From: Alphaproteobacteria bacterium
GTDB lineage: Bacteria; Pseudomonadota; Alphaproteobacteria; RF32; CAG-239
Assembly: GCA_015062305.1 (NCBI GenBank)
Contig: SUUX01000005.1
Location: 21,741-85,740, forward strand
Direction: 5' to 3'
Length of the DNA: 64,000 nt
Within the stretch, counting starts at the first letter, position 1; each line of letters starts with the position of its first letter. The notes beneath the pieces are model-generated. The model was not told where the DNA came from, did not search any database, and saw only the letters and a program-made list of their open reading frames with translations. Below, piece by piece: positions 8,301 to 18,009 of the stretch. The position numbers were made by a program, and so were the translations under genes.

Positions 8301-10439
8301 ATGTTAAGGCAATATGAACTAGTTGATTTGGTAAAATCTTATGATCCCAATGCAGATGAAGATGCGTTGAACAAAGCTTATGTGTTTGCTATGAAAAAGC
8401 ACGGAGCTCAACTCAGAACATCTGGTGATCCGTACTATTCACATCCGGTGGAAGTTGCCGGTATTTTGACAAAGTTTAAGTTGGATTCTACATCTATTGT
8501 TGCAGGGCTTTTGCATGATACGGTAGAAGATACCGATACTTCTATAGACGAAATAAAAAAATTGTTTGGTGATCAGGTGGCTCAGATTGTTGATGGGTTG
8601 ACCAAATTGGCAATGATTGAACAAAAATCGGCCAATAATAAACAGGCCGAAAATTTTAGAAAATTGCTTTTGGCAATGTCTGAAGATATTAGGGTTTTGT
8701 TGATTAAATTGGCCGACAGATTGCATAATATGAGAACATTGCATTTTTGTGCCGCAGATAAAAGATCCAGAATAGCCAAAGAAACATTGGATATATATGC
8801 CCCCTTGGCAGAGCGCATTGGTATGCAAGCGGTTAAAACCGAACTGGAGGAGATTGCTTTTAGAGAGCTACATAAAGATGCCTATGATTCAATAAAGGCT
8901 CGTTTGAGCTTTTTGCGTGAACAAGGTAGTAATTTGGTGCCGCAAATTATATCTCAATTAGAAAAAGATATGGCGGAAAATGGTATTAAGGCCGATATAT
9001 CTGGGCGAGAGAAGTCTCCGTATTCTATTTGGCGTAAAATGCAGCAGAAAAATGCTTCTTTTGAGCAGCTTTCTGATATTATGGCTTTTAGAATTATTGT
9101 TGATGATGTGGCTGCATGTTATCAGGCTTTGGGTGTGGTGCATAGTAAATATCATATGGTGCCAAGGCGTTTTAAGGATTACATTTCTACTCCTAAACCT
9201 AATGGATATAAGTCTATTCATACCGGAATCATTGGGCCGGAAAATACTCGTGTTGAGATTCAAATCAGAACCCATGAAATGCATGAAGTGAACGAAAAGG
9301 GTGTGGCTGCGCATTGGGCATATAAGCAAGGTGAACGGGTTGTTGGAAAGAACTTTAGATGGATTAGAGAGTTGTTGGAAATTTTGGAACAAGCATCTAA
9401 TCCGGAAGAGTTTTTGGAGAATACCAAATTAGAAATGTACAATGATCAGGTGTTTTGTTTTACGCCTAAGGGTGATTTGATTGGCTTGCCAATTAATTCT
9501 ACTCCAGTAGATTTTGCCTATGCCGTGCATTCTTCTGTTGGCGATACTTGCGTTGGTGCAAAAATAAACGGAGAAATCAGACCTTTGCGCACAATGTTGC
9601 AAAATGGTGATCAGGTAGAAATATTGACATCTAAAGCGCAACACCCATCTCCGGAGTGGGATCGATTTGTGATTACCGGAAAAGCAAAAGCGGCAATCAG
9701 ACGCTATGTTAGAGCGCATAAGAGAGATCAATTTATTACTCTTGGACAACAATTGTTGGAGCGCACTTTTAAGGGAGAAAGCTTAGATTTTAATGAAAAG
9801 GCGATGGTTAATATATTGCCTAATTTTGAGGCCGAATCGATAGATGATATATATGCCAAAGTAGGAGAGGGATTGGTGACAGCTTGGGATGTGCTGAAGG
9901 CTGTGTATCCCGGTTATAAACAATCTAAAATCGGTAAAGTTGTAAAATCATTTATCAGCAAGTCTCCACGCAAAGATAAATCTAAGTCGGAACCCTTGAA
10001 AATAAAAGGTTTGGTTCCAGGTATGGCGGTACATTTTGCCGGGTGTTGTCATCCTCTGCCCGGAGATAGAATTGTGGGAATTGTTACAACCGGAAAAGGT
10101 GTTGCTGTTCATACTATTGATTGTAAATTGTTGGAGAAATTTGCATCTGAACCGGAGCGGTGGCTTGATATTTCTTGGGGTGATGCCATTGATGATGCGC
10201 CTCATGTCGGTCGATTGAAGTTAATGCTTGCAAACGAACCAGGCAGTCTTGGTGATCTTTCTAATTTGGTAGCCAGAAACAATGGAAATATCTGCAATTT
10301 GAATATTGTAAACAGAACAGTCAGTTATTTTGAACTGTTGGTTGATGTTGAAGTAAAAGATCTTAAACATTTGACCGATATTATTGCTGCGCTAAAAGCG
10401 TCTAAGGTAGTGTCTTATGTTTCTAGATCTATGCAGTAA
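8301..10439 (+). CDS. spoT: Bifunctional (p)ppGpp synthetase/hydrolase (Rel/SpoT)
   Basis: HD motif LLHDTVED, KLADRLHNMRTL, KPNGYKSIHT, EIQIRT, TGS and ACT domains. Confidence 0.96.
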   Translation: MLRQYELVDLVKSYDPNADEDALNKAYVFAMKKHGAQLRTSGDPYYSHPVEVAGILTKFKLDSTSIVAGLLHDTVEDTDTSIDEIKKLFGDQVAQIVDGLTKLAMIEQKSANNKQAENFRKLLLAMSEDIRVLLIKLADRLHNMRTLHFCAADKRSRIAKETLDIYAPLAERIGMQAVKTELEEIAFRELHKDAYDSIKARLSFLREQGSNLVPQIISQLEKDMAENGIKADISGREKSPYSIWRKMQQKNASFEQLSDIMAFRIIVDDVAACYQALGVVHSKYHMVPRRFKDYISTPKPNGYKSIHTGIIGPENTRVEIQIRTHEMHEVNEKGVAAHWAYKQGERVVGKNFRWIRELLEILEQASNPEEFLENTKLEMYNDQVFCFTPKGDLIGLPINSTPVDFAYAVHSSVGDTCVGAKINGEIRPLRTMLQNGDQVEILTSKAQHPSPEWDRFVITGKAKAAIRRYVRAHKRDQFITLGQQLLERTFKGESLDFNEKAMVNILPNFEAESIDDIYAKVGEGLVTAWDVLKAVYPGYKQSKIGKVVKSFISKSPRKDKSKSEPLKIKGLVPGMAVHFAGCCHPLPGDRIVGIVTTGKGVAVHTIDCKLLEKFASEPERWLDISWGDAIDDAPHVGRLKLMLANEPGSLGDLSNLVARNNGNICNLNIVNRTVSYFELLVDVEVKDLKHLTDIIAALKASKVVSYVSRSMQ

Positions 10440-10547
10440 ATTTGTTGGCGATTAAGTTAAAAAATAAACTTCTTTTGTGAATATTTTTTATCTCTCTTTA
10501 TTTCGTTTTTAGCGAGTGTTATATATTTTGAAGAAGAGGGAGAATCG

Positions 10548-11117
10548 ATGTTTAAGCGCCGAAATAAAAAAACTATACTTTCTAAAATAAAAAACAGTTT
10601 GTGGCCAGATGGCGGATGGAAGCGTTATGGTCAATATTTGTTGTTGCGTTTGAGCCGTCTTAAGGGAACTCCCAGTTCTTTAGCTGCAGGGTTGGCTTGT
10701 GGAGTTGCTATTTCTTTTACTCCATTTGTGGGATTTCATTTTGTGTTGGCAGCTTTGACCGCTTTTTTGTTTAGGGGAAATATTTTGGCCAGTGCCTTGG
10801 GTACTGCTGCCGGAAATCCGTGGACTTTTCCGTTTATATGGATGTCGGTTTTTTATACGGGACGCAAGTTTTTGGGAGTATCTGCAGATATGTCTCAGCA
10901 TGTGGATTTTTTGAAATTTTTTGAAAAATCTATGAGGGCGTTGATGACTTTTGATTTTAGCTTGTTTTTTGCAGATATATGGCCTATTCTGTGGCCAATG
11001 ATGATAGGATGCATACCTTTTTATTTAGTATCGTGGTTTTTGACATATTATTTGGTTAAGGGGATGTTGATTAGGTTGAATACAAAGAGTTTTTTGAAAA
11101 AAGAGGAAAAATTATGA
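10548..11117 (+). CDS. DUF2062 membrane protein
   Basis: GxAxGVAISFTPFVGFHF...GNPWTFPFIW motif; usual position after spoT. Confidence 0.85.
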   Translation: MFKRRNKKTILSKIKNSLWPDGGWKRYGQYLLLRLSRLKGTPSSLAAGLACGVAISFTPFVGFHFVLAALTAFLFRGNILASALGTAAGNPWTFPFIWMSVFYTGRKFLGVSADMSQHVDFLKFFEKSMRALMTFDFSLFFADIWPILWPMMIGCIPFYLVSWFLTYYLVKGMLIRLNTKSFLKKEEKL

Positions 11118-11515
11118 TTGTAGGTATTGGCACAGATGTTGTGAATATTGGTAGAATAGAGAGAACGGCAGAACGTTATGGTAAGCGTTTTTGTGAGAAG
11201 ATATTTACAAAGGAAGAGCAAAAGGATATTGCAGAGGCAAAAACAAATTGCTGTGGGTCTCCGGCTAAAATGGCTAAGTTGTTTGCGGCAAAGGAAGCTG
11301 CATCAAAGGCATTGGGTACAGGGTTTCGTGGAGGTATTGTGTGGAGTGATATTGAAGTGTCTCATGACAAGCAAGGACGTCCATTGTTGAAGTTTTATAA
11401 CAAAGCGTTGATGCGAATCAATGAACTATGTGGAAATGGTGAATATGCTGCATGGTTGTCTTTGTCTGATGATTATCCGATAGCACAGGCTGTAGTGGTG
11501 ATTGAGAAGTTATAA
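11114..11515 (+). CDS. acpS: Holo-ACP synthase
   Basis: MIVGIGTDVV...FAAKEAASKALGTG...LSLSDD. Confidence 0.95.
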   Translation: MIVGIGTDVVNIGRIERTAERYGKRFCEKIFTKEEQKDIAEAKTNCCGSPAKMAKLFAAKEAASKALGTGFRGGIVWSDIEVSHDKQGRPLLKFYNKALMRINELCGNGEYAAWLSLSDDYPIAQAVVVIEKL

Positions 11516-11592
11516 AAATTTGTTGTTTTAATTTTAAATATGTATATTATGACAATGATTTGTTAATCTAACATGTTGAAAAGAGGCGTTTT

Positions 11593-12321
11593 ATGGAAAG
11601 GGAAGAAAATTTAGGCGATACAATCAGAACGATTGTTTATGCAATTTTAATTGCAATTGTTATTAGAACACTGTGGTTTGAGCCATTTAAAATTCCTTCC
11701 GGTTCAATGTATCCGACATTACATGTTGGTGATTATTTGTTTGTTTCTAAATATACGTATGGATATTCAAAACATTCATTGCCTTGGAGTATTCCGTTGT
11801 TTGAAGGACGTTTTTGGAAAGATACTCCTAAGCGTGGTGATGTGGTGGTATTTAAATATCCTCGGGATAATAAGACAGATTTTATTAAAAGAGTTATCGG
11901 TTTGCCAGGCGACAAAATAAAATTAGAAAATGGTCGTTTGTATATTAATGGCGAATTGGTAAAACGTGAAAAAATAGATGATTTTGTTATGCGTAGCCCT
12001 AAAGGTGATGCTGAGCGCTATCGTCAATATATAGAAACTTTGCCAGAGGGAAAAGAACATCTGATTTTAGAAATATCTGATGATGAGAATAATGATGAGT
12101 TTTCTGAGGTGGAGGTTCCTCAAGGTATGTATTTTATGATGGGAGATAATAGAGATCGTTCCGATGATAGTCGTGTTAATGTAGGTTTTGTACCAGAAGA
12201 GAATTTGGTAGGAAAAGCTAGAATATTATTCTTTTCGCATAATGATGAAGATGCTTGGTATAAGCCATGGACTTGGCCAAAGAAAATAAGATGGTTGAGA
12301 TTGTTTAACATAATTAAATAA
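11593..12321 (+). CDS. lepB: Signal peptidase I
   Basis: IPSGSMYPTL (Ser), FIKRVIGLPGD (Lys), GDNRDRSDDSR. Confidence 0.96.
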   Translation: MEREENLGDTIRTIVYAILIAIVIRTLWFEPFKIPSGSMYPTLHVGDYLFVSKYTYGYSKHSLPWSIPLFEGRFWKDTPKRGDVVVFKYPRDNKTDFIKRVIGLPGDKIKLENGRLYINGELVKREKIDDFVMRSPKGDAERYRQYIETLPEGKEHLILEISDDENNDEFSEVEVPQGMYFMMGDNRDRSDDSRVNVGFVPEENLVGKARILFFSHNDEDAWYKPWTWPKKIRWLRLFNIIK

Positions 12322-12332
12322 GAGCAAATTTG

Positions 12333-12977
12333 ATGAATATAGAACAAATTCTAAAACATGAATTTAAGAATAAAAATTTGTTAAAAGCTGCATTGACGCA
12401 TGGTTCTGTTAGTTCTTATGTAACCAAAAATTATGAACGTTTGGAATTTTTGGGAGATAGGGTTTTGGGAATGTCGGTTGCGTCGTTGCTGTATAGAAAT
12501 TTTCCTAATGAACCAGAAGGAAATTTATCTCAGCGGTTTACCGGATTAGTGTGCAAAGAAACTGTGGCAGAGGTTGCCCGCGAATTGGGTTTAGGGCGGT
12601 TTATGTTTGTGGCAGAAGATGACATTAGAGAAAATGAAAATGTGTTGTGTGATGTTTGTGAGGCGATTATCGGGGCAATATATATAGACGCCGGTGTGGA
12701 GGTTGCTGTTGATTTTGTAAATGAGCATTGGAGTGATTTGATAGATAAAAAAGTTGCTCCTCCTAAAGATGCAAAAACTGCTTTGCAAGAAATGGCTCAT
12801 GTTAAATCTTTACCTATGCCTAAGTATAAAATTGTGGATAGAAAGGGTCCGGAACATGAGCCTGTGTTTATGGTGGAGGTTTGTTTGGGAAACGAATATG
12901 TGGCAAGAGGCGAAGGGCATAATAAAAAATTGGCAGAATTTGAAGCTGCAAAAAAAATGTTGGAGCTGATTTCTTAA
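12333..12977 (+). CDS. rnc: Ribonuclease III
   Basis: YERLEFLGDRVLG signature, EAIIGAIYID, C-terminal dsRBD (DAKTALQE...GPEHEP). Confidence 0.96.
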   Translation: MNIEQILKHEFKNKNLLKAALTHGSVSSYVTKNYERLEFLGDRVLGMSVASLLYRNFPNEPEGNLSQRFTGLVCKETVAEVARELGLGRFMFVAEDDIRENENVLCDVCEAIIGAIYIDAGVEVAVDFVNEHWSDLIDKKVAPPKDAKTALQEMAHVKSLPMPKYKIVDRKGPEHEPVFMVEVCLGNEYVARGEGHNKKLAEFEAAKKMLELIS

Positions 12978-13876
12978 TGAGCGATGATGTTTCTAGATGT
13001 GGGTTTGTTGCGTTGATTGGCGCTCCTAATGCCGGTAAGTCAACAATTACAAATAATTTTGTAGGGTCTAAAGTATCTATTGTTTCTCCGAAAGTGCAAA
13101 CAACCAGAACAATGGTGAAAGGAATAGGTATTTGGAAAAACACGCAAATAATATTTTTGGATACACCGGGGATATTTAAGCCTAAACGTAGGTTGGACAA
13201 GGCTATGGTAACATCTGCATGGGATGGTGTTGGAGATGCCGATGTTATTGTTTTGGTCGTTGATGCTAAAAGAGGTTTTGATGATGAAACTCGTAGTATT
13301 GTTGCCAAGCTAAAAAAGAAAAAAATTAAAGCTGTTTTGGTGCTAAATAAAATAGATTTATTGTCTAAAGAAAAGTTGCTTAAGCTAAGTCAAGATATAA
13401 ATCAGGAAGGTGATTTTAAAGAGACATTTTTTATTTCGGCTGAAACAGGTGAATGTACAGAAGATTTTTATGATTATCTGGCTGGTGTGTTGCCAGAAAG
13501 TCCTTGGTATTATCCTGAAGATCAGATGTCTGATATGCCATTGAAAATGTTGGCTGCTGAAATTGTGCGAGAAAAACTCTTTTTATATTTGCGTCAAGAA
13601 TTGCCTTATTCTCTAACAGTGGAACCGGAGCTGTGGGAACGCAGAGAAGACCAATCTATTCGAGCAGAAATTACCATATATGTAGAACGAGATAGTCAAA
13701 AGGTTATTGTTTTGGGTAAAGGCGGAAATATGATTAAGCGTATAGGCCAAACCGCTCGTAAAGAAATAGAAAACCTTTTGGAAGAAAAAGTTCATCTGTT
13801 TTTATTTGTTAAAGTTCGCGAGAATTGGCAGGATGATGCAGCTCGTTATGCTGCATGGGGATTAAAGTTTGTATAA
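12977..13876 (+). CDS. era: GTPase Era
   Basis: GAPNAGKST, DTPG, NKID, KH domain (VLGKGG). Confidence 0.96.
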   Translation: MSDDVSRCGFVALIGAPNAGKSTITNNFVGSKVSIVSPKVQTTRTMVKGIGIWKNTQIIFLDTPGIFKPKRRLDKAMVTSAWDGVGDADVIVLVVDAKRGFDDETRSIVAKLKKKKIKAVLVLNKIDLLSKEKLLKLSQDINQEGDFKETFFISAETGECTEDFYDYLAGVLPESPWYYPEDQMSDMPLKMLAAEIVREKLFLYLRQELPYSLTVEPELWERREDQSIRAEITIYVERDSQKVIVLGKGGNMIKRIGQTARKEIENLLEEKVHLFLFVKVRENWQDDAARYAAWGLKFV

Positions 13877-14092
13877 TGGCTTATCTATAGCAATTTATTC
13901 CGGTCAAAAGTGTCCTCACGTACCTTTATGTACGCTCCGGTACTTTTGCCGTTTAAATTACTATATCTAAACCATTCTCCAAACTTTAATTAAGGAGCGC
14001 TTATCTATAGCAATTTATTCCGTTCAAAAGTTTCCTCACGTACCTTTATGTACGCTCCGGTACTTTTGCCGTTTAAATTACTATATCTAAAC
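13861..14092. repeat. Tandem 94-bp palindromic (RPE/REP-like) element, two copies with a 120-bp period
   Basis: 13879-13972 and 13999-14092 differ at 2 positions; each is a nested inverted repeat around cgtac-ctttat-gtacg; outer IR attaaagtttg (13861)/caaactttaat (13980). Confidence 0.85.
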
Positions 14093-14226
14093 AGTTTTTA
14101 AATCTTTTAAAATAATAAAGCTTGTTATGTGACAAAAAGATGACAAAAACAACTTTACAAGTGTTGTTTTTTGTGATACAAAGGGGCAACAGAGTAATTA
14201 TTTATAAACAATTAAATAAAGAGAAT

Positions 14227-14820
14227 ATGAAAAGAGAAAATGGCAGTATTGCGCATGTTCGTGCAGCAAATTCGAATTTTGCTCCTTATGTGAAGGCCGG
14301 AGCAGCAGATCGAAAAAACATTGTCGATATTGTTGCTAATAATGATGGCGACGATATTGTAATGTGTTTGAATCTCGGAGGGTTTGTTGAGGCTATCCGT
14401 CAAGGGATAATCAAGGAGTGCAAGCCTTTTGATGAAAAAACAGCGGATTTATGTTCTCACATGGGGCATTTGACCGTAGATGGCATGACATTGCTGGAAA
14501 TGGTGAAGATTGCATCTAAGATGGTCGGATATCTAGAAGACAAGAGCTTTGGTTTGCTTCTTTGGGGTGCATGGGCTACATTGGTTTTTGAGAGAAACGG
14601 CGAAACAATTTCTTTATCTAGCTTAAATTTTGATGACATTTTGCTTTTTGATTGCGGAACATTCCGTTTTGAGCAGAATGCAACAGGAGAAACTATCTTG
14701 TTTGTAAAAATTGGGGAAAGAGAAGAAATTCGTTGGTGTGGAAGATATCCTGATGCGGTTTTGGCCGACGTTATTATTAGTCAGAACCCTGCCTTTGCGA
14801 TATTTGTCGCAAACCAGTAG
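14227..14820 (+). CDS. Hypothetical protein
   Basis: ORF with probable start ATG 14227 after aagaga; followed by its own terminator; no recognised domain. Confidence 0.6.
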   Translation: MKRENGSIAHVRAANSNFAPYVKAGAADRKNIVDIVANNDGDDIVMCLNLGGFVEAIRQGIIKECKPFDEKTADLCSHMGHLTVDGMTLLEMVKIASKMVGYLEDKSFGLLLWGAWATLVFERNGETISLSSLNFDDILLFDCGTFRFEQNATGETILFVKIGEREEIRWCGRYPDAVLADVIISQNPAFAIFVANQ

Positions 14821-14839
14821 GGTAGCCGTTAGTTTTATT

Positions 14840-14873
14840 AAGACAGTAACTTTTAGGTTGCTGTCTTTTTTTT
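14840..14873 (+). terminator. Intrinsic terminator
   Basis: aagacagtaac/gttgctgtctt stem followed by a T-tract. Confidence 0.75.
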
Positions 14874-14898
14874 GTATTTAAATGACTGTTTAAAAAAT

Positions 14899-14914
14899 TG
14901 GCACGTCTTTTGCA
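14899..14914 (+). promoter_or_regulatory. Sigma-54 (-24/-12) promoter of flgF operon
   Basis: TGGCACG-tctt-TTGCA exactly matches TGGCACG-N4-TTGCW, 48 bp before flgF; flgFGAH is a known sigma54 class III operon in Caulobacter. Confidence 0.88.
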
Positions 14915-14962
14915 TATATGTAGGCAAATGGTTTTAATTATCCAAAAGATTGGGGAAATAAT

Positions 14963-15706
14963 ATGGATAATACTAATTATATAGCTTTATCTAGGCAAAT
15001 GGCTTTATGGAAGCAGATGGATGTGCTTTCTAATAATATGGCCAATATGAATACTTCTGGTTTTAAGCAAGATGAAGCCTTGTTTACTTCTTATTTAGTA
15101 CAGACACCTGAGGCAGAGGGAATTGGAAGTACTCCGTTGTATTTTACTGAAGATTTTGGAACATTTCAGAATTTTGCAGAAGGTGCAATTGTTGAAACAG
15201 GTAATGTTTTTGATTTGGCAATCAAAGGTGATGCTTTTTTCTGTTTGGAAACAAAAGCCGGTGAGATGTATACCAGAAAGGGGCAGTTTTCTCTTAACTC
15301 TGATGGAATGTTGGTGAGTAATGAGGGGGATATTGTTTTATCTGAGAATAATGAACCTTTGATTTTTGCTCCCGGAGAAACAGAAATTACTATTTCTGAG
15401 AGTGGGGACGTAATGACCGAAAACGGATTAATCGGTCGTTTGAAGCTGGTTAGTTTTGAAGATAATCAGAAGTTGCTTAAGGTTGCCGGTACAATGTTTG
15501 AAAACGTGGACGGCAATAATATGCAAGTGGGCAATAATAATGCAATTGTTGCTCAAGGTGCAGTTGAAAAGTCTAATGTAAATGCGATTGAAGAGATGAC
15601 AAGATTGATTAAAGTTCAACGCAGTTATGAATATGTTCAACAAATGATAGATCAAGAGCATGATCGTCTATCAAACACAATTTCAACCTATGCCCAGTTG
15701 GCATAA
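14963..15706 (+). CDS. flgF: Flagellar basal-body rod protein FlgF
   Basis: SNNMANMNTSGFK, TGNVFDLAIKG, YTRKGQF, EKSNVNAIEEM. Confidence 0.93.
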   Translation: MDNTNYIALSRQMALWKQMDVLSNNMANMNTSGFKQDEALFTSYLVQTPEAEGIGSTPLYFTEDFGTFQNFAEGAIVETGNVFDLAIKGDAFFCLETKAGEMYTRKGQFSLNSDGMLVSNEGDIVLSENNEPLIFAPGETEITISESGDVMTENGLIGRLKLVSFEDNQKLLKVAGTMFENVDGNNMQVGNNNAIVAQGAVEKSNVNAIEEMTRLIKVQRSYEYVQQMIDQEHDRLSNTISTYAQLA

Positions 15707-15728
15707 TGATTAAAAGAGGGGAAAGATA

Positions 15729-16517
15729 ATGAGATCTTTACATATTGGGGCAACCGGAATGTTAGCACAACAAACAAATGTTGATGTGATTTCCAACAAT
15801 ATTGCTAATATGAACACAACAGCTTATACAAAACGTAGAGCCGAGTTTAATGATTTGTTGTATCAGAATATTATTCGTCCTGGATCTGCTTCTAGTGCTG
15901 ATAATACAATTGTACCATCTGGTATTCAGCTTGGTTTGGGTGTTAAAACTGCGGCTGTGTATAGGATTACAGATGGTGGCAGTTTGACCAATACGGGAAA
16001 TGACTTGGACTTGGCTATTAAGGGAAGAGGCTATTTTCAAGTTGAGTTGCCAGAAGGTAAAGGTATTGCTTATACAAGAGATGGTGCTTTTCAGCGTAAT
16101 GGTGATGGCGTGATTGTGACGCATGACGGATATGTTGTGCAACCAGAAATTACAATTCCGGAAGATGCGACCGAAGTTTTTGTTAATAGCTCAGGTGAAG
16201 TATGGGTTAAGCAAGATGGTGAAACAGATGAAATAAATGTTGGTCAGCTGGAATTGGCTACTTTTGTGAATGAAGCTGGACTTGAAGCAATGGGTAATAA
16301 TCTGTTTTTAGAAACTCAGGCTTCTGGTGCTCCGGTGTTGGATAATCCTGATAGTGAAGGTTTTGGTGCTGTGTTGCAAGGATATTTGGCAACATCAAAT
16401 GTTAATCCGGTGACGGAAATAACAGAGTTGGTTTCTGCTCAGAGAGCTTATGAAATGAACTCTAAAATTATTTCTACTTCTGATCAAATGCTTAATACTA
16501 TTAATCAGTTGAAGTAA
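15729..16517 (+). CDS. flgG: Flagellar distal rod protein FlgG
   Basis: ISNNIANMNT, FNDLLYQ, GIQLGLGV, YTRDGAF, SNVNPVTE, AQRAYEMNSK. Confidence 0.96.
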   Translation: MRSLHIGATGMLAQQTNVDVISNNIANMNTTAYTKRRAEFNDLLYQNIIRPGSASSADNTIVPSGIQLGLGVKTAAVYRITDGGSLTNTGNDLDLAIKGRGYFQVELPEGKGIAYTRDGAFQRNGDGVIVTHDGYVVQPEITIPEDATEVFVNSSGEVWVKQDGETDEINVGQLELATFVNEAGLEAMGNNLFLETQASGAPVLDNPDSEGFGAVLQGYLATSNVNPVTEITELVSAQRAYEMNSKIISTSDQMLNTINQLK

Positions 16518-17227
16518 TGAAGATGGGTAAGTTGCTGAAAATATTGGCTGTTTTGTTGTTGGTGGCAGATGTTGCTAGAGCAGGGGTGACTTTGCGTGAT
16601 GTGGATTTTGTCACAGCGCTACAAAAGGAATTTGTAGAACAAGGCCGAGATGAAAATGTTGAATTGGAGTTTTTTGGAGGTCAAACATCTTATATGTTTG
16701 ACGATGCACAAAAAGCGAAGATTTTAATCTCTGGTTTGGATATTGATGATGAGCAGGGCAGATTTTTGGCAAAGGCGGAAATTTTTGCCGATGGTAAATT
16801 GGTGGAAACAACGAGTTTGAGTGGACGCTTCTTTGTGTTGGGCGATGTTTTTGTACCGGCAGTGGAGATATCTAAAGGAGAATTGATTTCTGAAGATAAG
16901 CTGGAATTGGCAAGCGTGCGTTTGAATCGTTTGAAAGAAGATGTTGTGGTTGAAAAAGAAAAACTTGTTGGTATGCAGGCAAGAAAAACTTTGAAAGCCG
17001 GAAAAATTATTAATGATAGAGAAATCGGCCCTTATATAATAATAAAAAAAGGAGCTTTGGTTACCTCTATGTATAAGTCTAAGGGATTGTTGATTACGGC
17101 TCAGGCGGTTGCTTTGAGTGATGGAGCAAAAGGACAAACCATAGAATTGGAAAATACAAAAAGCAAGAAGCGTTTTTGGGCAAAAGTTGTTGATGCTGAA
17201 ACAGTAGAAATTGTAGTAGAAGAATAA
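16517..17227 (+). CDS. flgA: P-ring formation chaperone FlgA
   Basis: Signal peptide, SAF-like region, C-terminal ALSDGAKGQTIELENTKSKK; position between flgG and flgH. Confidence 0.88.
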   Translation: MKMGKLLKILAVLLLVADVARAGVTLRDVDFVTALQKEFVEQGRDENVELEFFGGQTSYMFDDAQKAKILISGLDIDDEQGRFLAKAEIFADGKLVETTSLSGRFFVLGDVFVPAVEISKGELISEDKLELASVRLNRLKEDVVVEKEKLVGMQARKTLKAGKIINDREIGPYIIIKKGALVTSMYKSKGLLITAQAVALSDGAKGQTIELENTKSKKRFWAKVVDAETVEIVVEE

Positions 17228-17235
17228 AAGGCGGA

Positions 17236-18006
17236 GTGATGAAAATGTTAAGCATAAATAAAACAGTCAGACAAAGTGTTGTGGCATTAATGTTGGCAAC
17301 ATCGTTGTCCGGATGCGGAATGCTTTCTCGTTTGAGCAGAGTTGGACAAGAGCCGCCACTAACACCAATTACAAATCCGGTAGAAGCCAGAGGATATGAA
17401 CCGGTTTCTATGCCGATGCCTCATACAGAGGAAGCTACTTCTGCAGCAAACTCTTTATGGAAGCGAGGCTCTAGCGGATTCTTTAAGGATCAGAGAGCTT
17501 CTAAGGTGGGGGATATTATTACGGTAAAAGTTTCTGCTAAAGATACGGCATTGATGGAAAATGAAATGGAGCAGAACAGAGATGATAACAGTGATTCTTT
17601 GGGGATAGGCTCGTTCTTTGGATATGAAAGTTATTTGGACAAGATTTTGCCGGGTGCCGCAGATAAGGATAATTTGGTTGATATTAATTCGAATCGGGAA
17701 ATATCTGGTGACGGCAAAATTGATAGAAAAGAAAAAATAGATATGACAATGGCTGCTATCGTAACTCAAGTGTTGCCAAATGGTAATTTGGTGATTGAAG
17801 GAACTCAAGAAATTAGAGTCAGTTATGAAGTGCGCCAGTTGACAGTTCGAGGTGTGATAAGAAGAGCAGATATAACTTCGGATAACACAATAGAATCCAG
17901 CAAAATTGCAGAATTGAGAGTTTCTTATGGCGGAGAGGGTGTGATATCTGATGTTCAGCAACCTCGCTATGGAAGGCAGATATTGGATATTGTTGCTCCG
18001 TTCTAG
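17236..18006 (+). CDS. flgH: Flagellar L-ring lipoprotein FlgH
   Basis: Lipobox LSGC, FFKDQRASKVGDIITV, VLPNGNLVIEG, QQPRYG. Confidence 0.95.
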   Translation: MMKMLSINKTVRQSVVALMLATSLSGCGMLSRLSRVGQEPPLTPITNPVEARGYEPVSMPMPHTEEATSAANSLWKRGSSGFFKDQRASKVGDIITVKVSAKDTALMENEMEQNRDDNSDSLGIGSFFGYESYLDKILPGAADKDNLVDINSNREISGDGKIDRKEKIDMTMAAIVTQVLPNGNLVIEGTQEIRVSYEVRQLTVRGVIRRADITSDNTIESSKIAELRVSYGGEGVISDVQQPRYGRQILDIVAPF

Positions 18007-18009
18007 AGT

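Noticed and set aside
13879-14092. CRISPR array
   Set aside because: Only two units, the 94-bp repeat is far longer than CRISPR repeats, and no cas genes are nearby
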